Assembly: GCA_963663475.2 (NCBI GenBank)
Contig: CAXXJV010000001.1
Location: 2,528,001 to 2,592,000, forward strand
Reading direction: 5' to 3'
Length of the DNA: 64,000 nucleotides
From: Candidatus Cloacimonadales bacterium
Lineage (GTDB): Bacteria > Cloacimonadota > Cloacimonadia > Cloacimonadales > JAFGVF01
A program made the position numbers and the translations under genes. Positions within the stretch are counted from its first letter, which is position 1; each line of letters begins with the position of its first letter. Under the pieces are notes generated by a model. That model ran no database searches. It was not told where the DNA came from and saw only the letters and a list, made by a program, of their open reading frames with translations. Below are positions 56,159-64,000 of the stretch, one piece after another.

Positions 56159-56920
56159 ATGATTGAAATAAACATTAGAAAGACTATAAAGGAAATAGTT
56201 CAGGAAATAGTCCCTGACAACAAACTTTTAGCTATAGGATTAACTGGTAGTTATGCTAATAATTCTTATGATGAAACAAGTGATGTTGATATCCTTTGTA
56301 TTACATGTAATATTGCTTCATCAGACCATATCATAATCCGAGATAAGTATTATGTGATTAATATTGTTGACGAAAACTACATTAATGAGCTTTTCAGACA
56401 TTCTAATCTTCATATTTCTGAAATTCATGGTTATTCTTATATGAAAATAATTTATGAAAGAGAAAGAGGCTTCTTAGATAATATTATTACTCATGCTAGA
56501 GATAAAATAGGAAGCCAGCAATATGAAACTACTAAAGCAAAAGAAGAGTTTATTGCTTGGCTTGAAGAGGTACAAAAAGCAATCTCAGGATACAAGTCAA
56601 ATGACCATAACAAAATGCTTCAAGGTATTCATGGCTTATCGTTTGGAATGTTTAACACCCTCAAATACTATTATAACATAATCCCAATAACAGATAATGA
56701 GTTTTTTGATAAAATTGTTTCTTTCAATGATTTTACTCGAGCCTTAAAGAAAACTTCTTTGCTTGCTTTTGGTCTAGTAGAAGTATCTGGGATTAAAGAA
56801 CGAATAGAGAATGGCTTTCAAGTCTTTAAAGCTGTTTCTTCAAAAATCTATCCAAGTCTATCAAAGAGAGAAAAGGAATATCTTGATTTGCTAGCTGGTA
56901 AAATTGATAATCTCATCTAA
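56159..56920 (+). CDS. Pol-beta superfamily nucleotidyltransferase with helical C-terminal domain
   Basis: GLTGSYA...SDVDIL motif. Confidence 0.75.
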   Translation: MIEINIRKTIKEIVQEIVPDNKLLAIGLTGSYANNSYDETSDVDILCITCNIASSDHIIIRDKYYVINIVDENYINELFRHSNLHISEIHGYSYMKIIYERERGFLDNIITHARDKIGSQQYETTKAKEEFIAWLEEVQKAISGYKSNDHNKMLQGIHGLSFGMFNTLKYYYNIIPITDNEFFDKIVSFNDFTRALKKTSLLAFGLVEVSGIKERIENGFQVFKAVSSKIYPSLSKREKEYLDLLAGKIDNLI

Positions 56921-56925
56921 ATTGA

Positions 56926-58068
56926 TTATTTGAGCATTATCATTTTTCGTCTGGCCAACTCATGTCCCTTAGTCTTCAGTAGATAAAGATAGATTCCACT
57001 AGCTACCTCTACTCCCCTTTTATCTTTGCCATCCCAATGAATATTATAATTATCTGATTTTCTGGCATCTATCATAAAATTGTTAACTAACTGACCTTTA
57101 AGATTATAAATCTGAAGTTGCAAATCTGGGTAATTCCTATCTAACTCAAAGCTAATATTTGTGTTAGGATTAAAAGGATTTGGATAATTAATCAGTTTTA
57201 TCTGACAAGGGTGAAGGGTGTCTTGATCAAAAGCACTTACATTATTTGTTAAATTATATTCAATCTGACCACTATTTTGATAATCAGAAAGTAAATTCTC
57301 AAAATCTGTCTGATCATTACTATCCCCTGTTAAAGCATAATCAATAAAGGCTTTAGCTAAATTATAAGCCAGATTATTATCAGTGATACCTAGATGATTC
57401 TCTCCTAGCAGAGAAACTATACTTTTATAATCAGCAGATATATTCTGATATATTGGTATTTGATTACTATTTTCTGGGGTAATATTATCATTAGAAGCTG
57501 AAAAGATTAGTGAGGGAACATAAATATCACTTGCATTATCAATGGCAGAAGGGGAAGTCTCTGCTGCAGCAAAGTTAACCAAAGCTGAGAAGATATTAGA
57601 CTGAGATGCTGCTAAAACAGAAACACCACCTCCCATAGAATGACCTGAAACAATAGATTGGTTAGCTACTGTTTGATAAAGAGGTGAGTTGTCATTTTCT
57701 CCTTCTCCATCTAGAGCTGAAACCAGAAATGTTAAATCAAGAGCAAATTCACTGTGACTAGGGTAAAAACCACTTTCAGTATATGGTAAGGCTACAATAA
57801 ATCCTTGACTAGCAAAGAATTGAGCTAATTGAGAATAACTAGCTGGTGTCATTAACCAACCATGACCAAATATTAGCTTAGGAAATGAATCTAGTCTACC
57901 ACTAGCTTTGTCTTCACTAATTGGGTAGTATATCTTGGTATTGATTTCTCGATTATTACGAGAACTATCTATGAATACTTTATCGTAACTATCTACTTCA
58001 TAAGCAGATATTCCAATTGCTAGCATTAAAATGGCTATTAATAGAATACTTTTCATCATTAACCTCAT
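56926..58068 (-). CDS. secreted alpha/beta hydrolase (chlorophyllase/cutinase-like) with FlgD-Ig/Por tail
   Basis: Signal peptide, IYYP, FGHGW, GHSMGGG nucleophile elbow, candidate Asp (NDNIT) and His (ENH); NYPNPFNPNT tail. Confidence 0.85.
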   Translation of the reverse strand: MRLMMKSILLIAILMLAIGISAYEVDSYDKVFIDSSRNNREINTKIYYPISEDKASGRLDSFPKLIFGHGWLMTPASYSQLAQFFASQGFIVALPYTESGFYPSHSEFALDLTFLVSALDGEGENDNSPLYQTVANQSIVSGHSMGGGVSVLAASQSNIFSALVNFAAAETSPSAIDNASDIYVPSLIFSASNDNITPENSNQIPIYQNISADYKSIVSLLGENHLGITDNNLAYNLAKAFIDYALTGDSNDQTDFENLLSDYQNSGQIEYNLTNNVSAFDQDTLHPCQIKLINYPNPFNPNTNISFELDRNYPDLQLQIYNLKGQLVNNFMIDARKSDNYNIHWDGKDKRGVEVASGIYLYLLKTKGHELARRKMIMLK

Positions 58069-58128
58069 TTATTTAACTTATATTATTATAATAATAATTT
58101 TTGTAAATTAGTCAAGCTATATCTTTTA

Positions 58129-58323
58129 ACCCAGCTAGTATAGTAGAACTTTAGTAATATTTCGCTAATGCTAGTTATCACAGATGAAGAGGCATATTCT
58201 TCTAGCAAAATAGCTTACAGAATTTTAACCTAGATAATATATATGCTCTGAGAAATAATGGATCTTACTTTTGCAGAAGAATATTGAGCTATTCACAAAG
58301 GTCTACTGCACTATTATTTGGGA
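58129..58323 (+). repeat. repeat family A, full copy with 30-nt insert
   Basis: ACCCAGCTAGTATAGTAGAACTTTAG...CAAAGGTCTACTGCACTATTATTTGGGA. Confidence 0.85.
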
Positions 58324-58327
58324 TAAT

Positions 58328-58522
58328 ACATTATTTATCCTTTTATTAAACCCTTACAGGGTATCTCTTTGGGTTAGCCTTCATTACCCAGGCTTGCGAT
58401 ACTTTCAGCATCTTACCCTGGGCTAAATTATTTTATCCCTTTCAGGGATTTTTGATGAATCAATATAGTAATGAAATATTCTCATTATCCTATAATATTC
58501 CCACCAGACTTGAACTTGAGCC
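58328..58522. mobile_element. repeat family C, copy 3 (left end missing, abuts family A)
   Basis: Near-identical body and right TIR CCACCAGACTTGAACTTGAGCC, again followed by ATAATTTT. Confidence 0.85.
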
Positions 58523-58577
58523 ATAATTTTCACCAGACATGATCTTGATTCAAAACTTTCTACTATTTTATAAGAAC

Positions 58578-58599
58578 AAAGCCCTGTCTAAGCAGGGCT
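58578..58599 (-). terminator. terminator hairpin after the second GLUG protein gene
   Basis: AGCCCTG-6 nt loop-CAGGGCT followed by TT on the minus strand. Confidence 0.55.
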
Positions 58600-58641
58600 A
58601 TCTATTTTATACTTACCGATTTTACCGTATTAATCTAGATT

Positions 58642-59985
58642 TTACTTCATCAAAATCATTTTATGACTTTCACTTTTACTATCAGTAATAATCTTAGTAA
58701 AATATATTCCAGATACTACTTTTTTATTATTATCATCTTTACCATTCCAGCTAAAGCTATGCTGTCCTAAAGGTAATTTTCCTTGATGAAGAGTTCTTAC
58801 TTTCTGCCCCTTAAGATTATAGATATATAAAGCTACATTTTCTTCAGCTATTAAAGTGAAGGAAATCCTTGTCTGAGGATTAAATGGATTAGGATAGTTT
58901 TCTAGGTTAAGAGAAATACATGCAATTTCATTAGTGTCATTTGCTACTTCACTATTAGATTGCAAATAAGGATAACCACCATTAAGCATTTGTGAATCTT
59001 GACTCCAATCTACTTGAAAATCCCATCCTACATAAGTATTATCACTATAAGGGAAGGTCATCTCTTGGCTTGTTCTTCCCTGACCTCCATCACTAGTAGG
59101 ATATTCAGAAGCATCAATATCCCAATAACTGCTGATAATCTGAGCATTAACATGGTTCTCACCAGCAAATCCACCTACCAAATAATTATTTTCAACAATA
59201 ACTTTTCCTATAGAATAGCAGTTTTGAATAATAGCATCATTCATTTCAGCCACAATTTTAGCATTATAACCGATAAAACCACCAACTAAACCATCAATTT
59301 CAGAAGTCACATCACCTAAAGAATAGCAATTAATAATTGCAGAATCTCTGTTTACACCAACAAAGCCACCAGCCCTTACGTAAGATCCATATTCACCGCT
59401 AGCGTTAACATTTACATTGGTAAAGCAAGATTCTATATGACTGTTACCAACATTACCACCTATTAGACCACCTACCCAATATTCCGCATTAATAGAACCT
59501 ATTGCAAAACAGTTTGTTATGCTACAGCCAGTAGAATATCCAGTCAAAGATCCTGCATAACCTTGAGCTGTAATATCAAGATTGATTAATCCTAAATCAC
59601 TTACACTTGCAGAGTTTAATTCTCCGAAGAAGCCAACATTTTCTGTGTTTGGTCTATTAATATAAATACCTGAGATAACATGATTATTCCCGTTATAAGT
59701 ACCTGTAAATCTTTCAAAATCCGTCTCTGAATGCCAGTAACCTAATGGAGACCAACCTTGACCATTATTGATACTTTGACTCTGGGAAGCATCAATATCT
59801 GCTGTTTGAATAAAATTACTTGTCCAAGAACCTGTATTTTCACTTATCCATAACAAATTTTCAAAAGAAGCTATCTGATATGGATCACTAGCAGAACCAG
59901 ATCCCTGAGGCATTAATGCCTGAGCAAAAAGTGATAAAACTACAACATTGAATAAAATAATAATCCCTACAATTTTAATCTTCAT
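58642..59985 (-). CDS. secreted GLUG-repeat protein with FlgD-Ig/Por tail (paralog of 19500-21236)
   Basis: GSGSASDPYQI, FIQTADIDAS, VGGLIG repeats, NGGYPYL, NYPNPFNPQT tail. Confidence 0.88.
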   Translation of the reverse strand: MKIKIVGIIILFNVVVLSLFAQALMPQGSGSASDPYQIASFENLLWISENTGSWTSNFIQTADIDASQSQSINNGQGWSPLGYWHSETDFERFTGTYNGNNHVISGIYINRPNTENVGFFGELNSASVSDLGLINLDITAQGYAGSLTGYSTGCSITNCFAIGSINAEYWVGGLIGGNVGNSHIESCFTNVNVNASGEYGSYVRAGGFVGVNRDSAIINCYSLGDVTSEIDGLVGGFIGYNAKIVAEMNDAIIQNCYSIGKVIVENNYLVGGFAGENHVNAQIISSYWDIDASEYPTSDGGQGRTSQEMTFPYSDNTYVGWDFQVDWSQDSQMLNGGYPYLQSNSEVANDTNEIACISLNLENYPNPFNPQTRISFTLIAEENVALYIYNLKGQKVRTLHQGKLPLGQHSFSWNGKDDNNKKVVSGIYFTKIITDSKSESHKMILMK

Positions 59986-60083
59986 CTTTTCTCCTAAGTC
60001 TTAATTCATTAACACTGTTAATAAATGCAAATTTCCTTAGTAACTTAAAAGTGTCAAGAATGAATCAAAGTCTTATAAAAAAA

Positions 60084-60243
60084 GGCTCTCTCTCAAGCAG
60101 ACCAGTGTTCCTCAACCGCAGGTAAGGGACTTCGGGCTGAGAACAACATTCCCCTTTCAGCTCGTAAGAGCGGTATGAGAGGGGTGCCGTAAGGCGGGGA
60201 GAGTAAACATTCCCCTTAAAGGTTAAGAAAAACTTAACAAGCC
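60084..60243 (+). repeat. GC-rich composite repeat containing module D copy 2 and GTAA-loop hairpins, with degenerate family-C-like ends
   Basis: AGACCAGTGTTCCTCAACCGCAGGTAAGGGACTTCGGG at 60099-60136; GCTC-GTAA-GAGC; GCC-GTAA-GGC; ends GGCTCTCTCTCAAG and AACTTAACAAGCC-ATAATCTT. Confidence 0.6.
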
Positions 60244-60256
60244 ATAATCTTGTTTT

Positions 60257-61354
60257 TCAATCTTTCTTACTTTCATGCAAATCTTTCCATTGTATAATTT
60301 CTTCTGGTAATTTAGGTATCTCTTCCTCTCTTTCAGAAAGCTCGTGATATACTTTTATGAAGAAGTGGAAACCATTTTTTAAACAAAGCTCAATTCCCTC
60401 TCTACCTTGATATTTTTCAATGTGATAGGCCATGAATAATGCAGGTATACAAAGATATTTATCCCAAAATTGACCATAGGTCCCTTGGAGAGCAAGCTCT
60501 CTTTTCTTTGTAATATCTTCATCATCTGAGAAAATAACTTTCGCCTTATCTCTAAGTGTTTCAAAGGCCTTTTTTTCCTTATCTTTAATATTCTGGCTTT
60601 GATTATAAATTTCAGCTATTTCTTTTCCATTGGCAATATAATGGGCCAAGCCTTCATTAAACATTAGAATAATAACTTCATCAGCAAAGCTTTTATTGCC
60701 ATTACCTTTCCATTTTTCCTTATTAAAATCAGCAAAAAGTGCATGAAATACTTCATGAGACATAACATTTTGTAGAGTCTTAATCTTTTGATCTATACTT
60801 TGCCCATAAGTAGTGTTAACAAGAGTAAGATTAAAGATTATTGCAGATTTTCCACTTTGTGAAAGCTGATATTTGTTATTCTTGCATTCATATTTGAAAG
60901 TCATAGCATCCCCCCATTTCCACCCTGTCACTGAAAAAAATACTTCATAGGTTGAATTAGGTTGCCATGTGTTGGGAAAATAGTAACCTGCTCTTTCATA
61001 TACTTCATCTAAGAAGTCATTTTTGGAAATGTGTTGTATTAATTCAGTGATTTCTTCCTTCTGAGAACAAGCATCATTTATCAGATAATCAATCTCTGGC
61101 AAAGAATCACCTTGCAAAAACTTACTTAAGATAGTTGCAAAAGTCTCTGCTTCTTTTTCATTTTGCAACAACAATTGTTCCATCAACTGATTAGCTGGTA
61201 GCATTGCAATTCTTGATATAGATTGAGACTTATTTTCTTGATTAAGCCATTCAAGAGTTTGTTGGGCATCTTTAATCTTGATATCCAATCTTTTAGTTGC
61301 TGTAAGACTGGTTACCATACAAGAAGACATAATAAGTATAATTATTACTAGCAT
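60257..61354 (-). CDS. putative zinc metalloprotease lipoprotein (DUF5700-like)
   Basis: Lipobox-like MSSC; SHEVFH (HExxH) and NEGLAHY third ligand. Confidence 0.7.
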   Translation of the reverse strand: MLVIIILIMSSCMVTSLTATKRLDIKIKDAQQTLEWLNQENKSQSISRIAMLPANQLMEQLLLQNEKEAETFATILSKFLQGDSLPEIDYLINDACSQKEEITELIQHISKNDFLDEVYERAGYYFPNTWQPNSTYEVFFSVTGWKWGDAMTFKYECKNNKYQLSQSGKSAIIFNLTLVNTTYGQSIDQKIKTLQNVMSHEVFHALFADFNKEKWKGNGNKSFADEVIILMFNEGLAHYIANGKEIAEIYNQSQNIKDKEKKAFETLRDKAKVIFSDDEDITKKRELALQGTYGQFWDKYLCIPALFMAYHIEKYQGREGIELCLKNGFHFFIKVYHELSEREEEIPKLPEEIIQWKDLHESKKD

Positions 61355-61361
61355 AAGTTAA

Positions 61362-62285
61362 TTAATGAATTATTAAATAGTTTTTTGAATTTCTTCTATC
61401 AAGTGTCAGAGTCATATATTTTAAAATATCACTGCCAATATAAATGCCTAATGGATATTCTGAAACTATGTCTCTTTGCATATGTTTAACTCTGGGATAT
61501 TCAATAGAAAAATGCTTATTTCCTAGCTGAATGTCAATAAGTCCTTGATAAAATCTACCACTTTTATCCTCAACAAGTTCATCCTTATCAAGTAAAGCAG
61601 AATTAATTACAGAATGACTCTTCCCTGTATCAAGATAAATTATTGCATCCTTCCCATTAACTTTACCAATAAAATGAATACCATAAGGATGATAAGGTAA
61701 ATCTAATAGGTGGATTTTTTCACCTTCTAAGTTAATATCTTCCTGACTAAGAGCTAGTATTCTTGCTTCATAATCAAGGGTAAAGATGCAATTCTGCAAA
61801 TACTTTAAACCTATCAAACCATTCATAGGGCTTGTTGAAAAGATTGACCAATCAACCAGGGTTGACTTCTCTTTCTCATAGGTCTTGTTCAAGAGTTTGA
61901 AAGTCGGAAGCTCTATTTCTACAGCTTCACCTCTAATTTCTCCATTAGGAGTATAAGTATAAGACTTTTTAATCTCTTTATAATCTATCTTATCAGAAAT
62001 AGCATTTGAAATAATAATGTTTCCATTGTTTCCAAAATCAAGAATCAGAGGATAAGAACTTTCTCCAAAAACAAGATCAAGATGTGGCATACCAAAGTCT
62101 TTATCTAAGTTAATCTTATAAGTATCTGCTTCTTGATAATGCTTAAAAATTTCTTCTTTATAAAGACATTTCAGTTTTTCAAAATCAACTAATCTTGTTC
62201 TATCTCTAAAATATTGTGTTAAGGCTTGGGCCTCTACAAATGATACTAAAGATAATATTCCTAAGAATGGTAGTAATCTTAGCAT
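61362..62285 (-). CDS. secreted two-domain retropepsin-like aspartyl protease
   Basis: Signal peptide; LILDFG...NGLIGLKYL and IYLDTGKS...IYIGSDIL. Confidence 0.7.
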   Translation of the reverse strand: MLRLLPFLGILSLVSFVEAQALTQYFRDRTRLVDFEKLKCLYKEEIFKHYQEADTYKINLDKDFGMPHLDLVFGESSYPLILDFGNNGNIIISNAISDKIDYKEIKKSYTYTPNGEIRGEAVEIELPTFKLLNKTYEKEKSTLVDWSIFSTSPMNGLIGLKYLQNCIFTLDYEARILALSQEDINLEGEKIHLLDLPYHPYGIHFIGKVNGKDAIIYLDTGKSHSVINSALLDKDELVEDKSGRFYQGLIDIQLGNKHFSIEYPRVKHMQRDIVSEYPLGIYIGSDILKYMTLTLDRRNSKNYLIIH

Positions 62286-63148
62286 TAAGCCTCCTTATTC
62301 TTGATTTTTCTAAGCATTAACCAAGAAAATATTATTGAAATTATGTTTATGCTAGGAATAATAAATATCACAGGAATTACATTATAACCTTGCAATTTCA
62401 TACCGATTATTTTAGCAGATAGAGCAGTCATTAAAATTGCTAAAAAGACTAGATAAATAGTCCCAAATACATAAGCAAAATGATGTTTTTTAATCATTAA
62501 ATATCCACATACAATGGCCATAGGCAAGAGTAGAGCTAAATCAAAACCTTGCACAATCATTGTTGTGTAATGGTCAATACCTTTAGGATAAATTTGCCCT
62601 GAAATAAGCGGAGGAAGAATAATGCTTAGCCATAGTAATGCTATCAATAAAGCATTAATGATTAAGAATATTCCAGATGATTTAAGAGGAGTATTGTCTG
62701 TAAAACCTTTATTTACTTCTGCATAATCAATAGACATCAGATGGAGGATAAGAGCAAAGAAAGAAGCTCCTAAAAGGATAACATAGACTAAAAACATCTT
62801 ATTGTACATACCCATTGCTAAATAAAAGAGATATGTTACAAAGAAGTAGAAAAGACTACCACCTAAGATGACTGAAGACTTAGGTGATTTCCTGATATAC
62901 ATAATCAAAGAAAAAATGACTAGTGGAATCGCAACAAACAGAGTTACATAGTCTTGAGCTATCCCTTGAATTGCTACTTCTGCAGACATGTCTTTGTAAA
63001 GACCAAGGCCATGAATCTCAATTTCTTGGCCTCTTATTGACTGATATGTAAATCTACCTGGTCCTGATTTATCCAAAATTCCTATAAGCGAAGCAAGTAG
63101 TGAAAATATTATTATTATTATAGATAAACTTATGATTTTCTTTTGCAT
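62285..63148 (-). CDS. polytopic membrane protein of unknown function
   Basis: About 8 TMs; SIRGQEIEIHGLGLY, QGIAQDYVTLFVAIP and VQGFDLALLLP motifs. Confidence 0.75.
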   Translation of the reverse strand: MQKKIISLSIIIIIFSLLASLIGILDKSGPGRFTYQSIRGQEIEIHGLGLYKDMSAEVAIQGIAQDYVTLFVAIPLVIFSLIMYIRKSPKSSVILGGSLFYFFVTYLFYLAMGMYNKMFLVYVILLGASFFALILHLMSIDYAEVNKGFTDNTPLKSSGIFLIINALLIALLWLSIILPPLISGQIYPKGIDHYTTMIVQGFDLALLLPMAIVCGYLMIKKHHFAYVFGTIYLVFLAILMTALSAKIIGMKLQGYNVIPVIFIIPSINIISIIFSWLMLRKIKNKEA

Positions 63149-63753
63149 TGCCTTTTCTCCTCTCTTTTTATGTAATAATCAATAATTTCCATTGCTGTTC
63201 TTATAACTCTCTGCTTTAGTTCCATTAAATCAGGGAAGAAAGACCTTCCTGTCACATACTTAGCCATTTGCCCATGTATATAAGAATGAATGGTATCGGT
63301 AATTTCCTCACCTATTCCAGTAAGTTTATGCTTAGGATAACATTCACTTAAAAAGAGACAAAACTTCTGCCTAGGCATAACTATCACTTCTTTAATTTTA
63401 TCGGGTATTGGGCCTCCAATATTATCAAACCAAATTAAACTATACCACCCCTTATTAGCTAGATAGAAATCAAGTAGATGTTCAAAGAAATACTCCATCT
63501 TATTATCTTCATTTTTTACCTGAGATACCTGATCCATTACCCTATTGACCATCCTAATCATTACTGCTTCTAGACAATCCCACCTCAACATATCCAAACT
63601 CTGATAATAATTATAAATGTTAGGGTGTGAGCACCCCATTCTAGTCGCAATATCTCTAATTGTAACAGAATTACTAGAGCCTCTCTCATTTATTATAGTT
63701 AGAGTTTCTTCAATAATATTATCTTTACTTATCTTCTTTCTCGTTTGCCTCAT
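63130..63753 (-). CDS. TetR/AcrR family transcriptional regulator
   Basis: VTIRDIATRMGCSHPNIYNYY HTH. Confidence 0.9.
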   Translation of the reverse strand: MRQTRKKISKDNIIEETLTIINERGSSNSVTIRDIATRMGCSHPNIYNYYQSLDMLRWDCLEAVMIRMVNRVMDQVSQVKNEDNKMEYFFEHLLDFYLANKGWYSLIWFDNIGGPIPDKIKEVIVMPRQKFCLFLSECYPKHKLTGIGEEITDTIHSYIHGQMAKYVTGRSFFPDLMELKQRVIRTAMEIIDYYIKREEKRQCKRKS

Positions 63754-63951
63754 ATTAGGACCTTTTATTTTATTACCTTTGGTAATTTTTTCTGTATAAG
63801 ATATTATGTCAAGCTTTTTTATATAATAATTTCTCTTTCCTGAAAACTAGATTATACCCTCTTTCATTTAAGCTAGTCTAGTAGAGTCTAACAATTAATT
63901 TGACACAAGATTGATCTTAAATAGTCTGGTCCAAAAGGGTAAGGAGTCAAT

Positions 63952-64000
63952 ATGCAAGAAACTATAAAATTATTTGAAAAATTAATCGAAGAAAAGAAAT
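63952..64000 (+). CDS. 5' end of a gene running off the window
   Basis: AAGGAG RBS, ATG, open frame MQETIKLFEKLIEEKK; TTGACA-16 bp-TAGTCT upstream. Confidence 0.6.
   Translation, partial: MQETIKLFEKLIEEKK

Noticed and set aside
56159..56920. Nucleotidyltransferase as a CBASS cyclase or toxin-antitoxin system
   Set aside because: No adjacent effector, Cap or HEPN toxin gene, and the architecture fits small KNTase-like enzymes better.
379..63799. Short antisense or overlapping ORFs from the six-frame track (e.g. 379-645, 5694-5876, 7202-7408, 7628-7924, 10593-10886, 15975-16268, 24126-24431, 38920-39150, 39609-39839, 52750-53031, 58999-59289, 63617-63799)
   Set aside because: They are shadow frames of well-supported genes and lack recognisable motifs.

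Overview
AT-rich bacterial chromosome segment, most consistent with Candidatus Cloacimonadota (FCB group). This is an inference from four proteins or remnants ending in a 'YPNPFNPxTxI...IYNxKGQxV...WxGxD...SGxY...K' FlgD-Ig/Por-type tail, plus diderm envelope genes (LolD/LolE, TamB-like) and amino-acid fermentation genes (kbl, atoDA). About 1-39 kb is mostly housekeeping: nox, pdxJ, kbl, rsmI, pgsA, nadA, dut, ispA, xseB, ftsY, atoDA, ybaB-recR-ribE, dapB-dapF-lolE-lolD-tamB-GH13. About 40-64 kb is mostly stand-alone accessory genes around a tRNA-Ser(GGA). I see no transposase, integrase, reverse transcriptase, Cas gene or CRISPR array. The most unusual features are: (1) at least five or six families of non-coding palindromic repeats that nest inside one another, including an ISL3-like MITE with a perfect 8-bp target duplication, a family with TWA flanks, an ~80-bp near-perfect palindrome, a 30-nt mini-insert found in two different host repeats, and a GC-rich hairpin with a compensatory base-pair change; (2) a compact operon of PTS-EIIA, two paralogous cation:proton antiporters and a PII-like protein; (3) an ECF sigma factor facing a decaying cluster of secreted proteins; (4) a TetR, membrane protein, aspartyl protease and Zn-protease operon; (5) a secreted cutinase/PETase-like hydrolase. 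Product calls come from recognised motifs only; no database searches were run.
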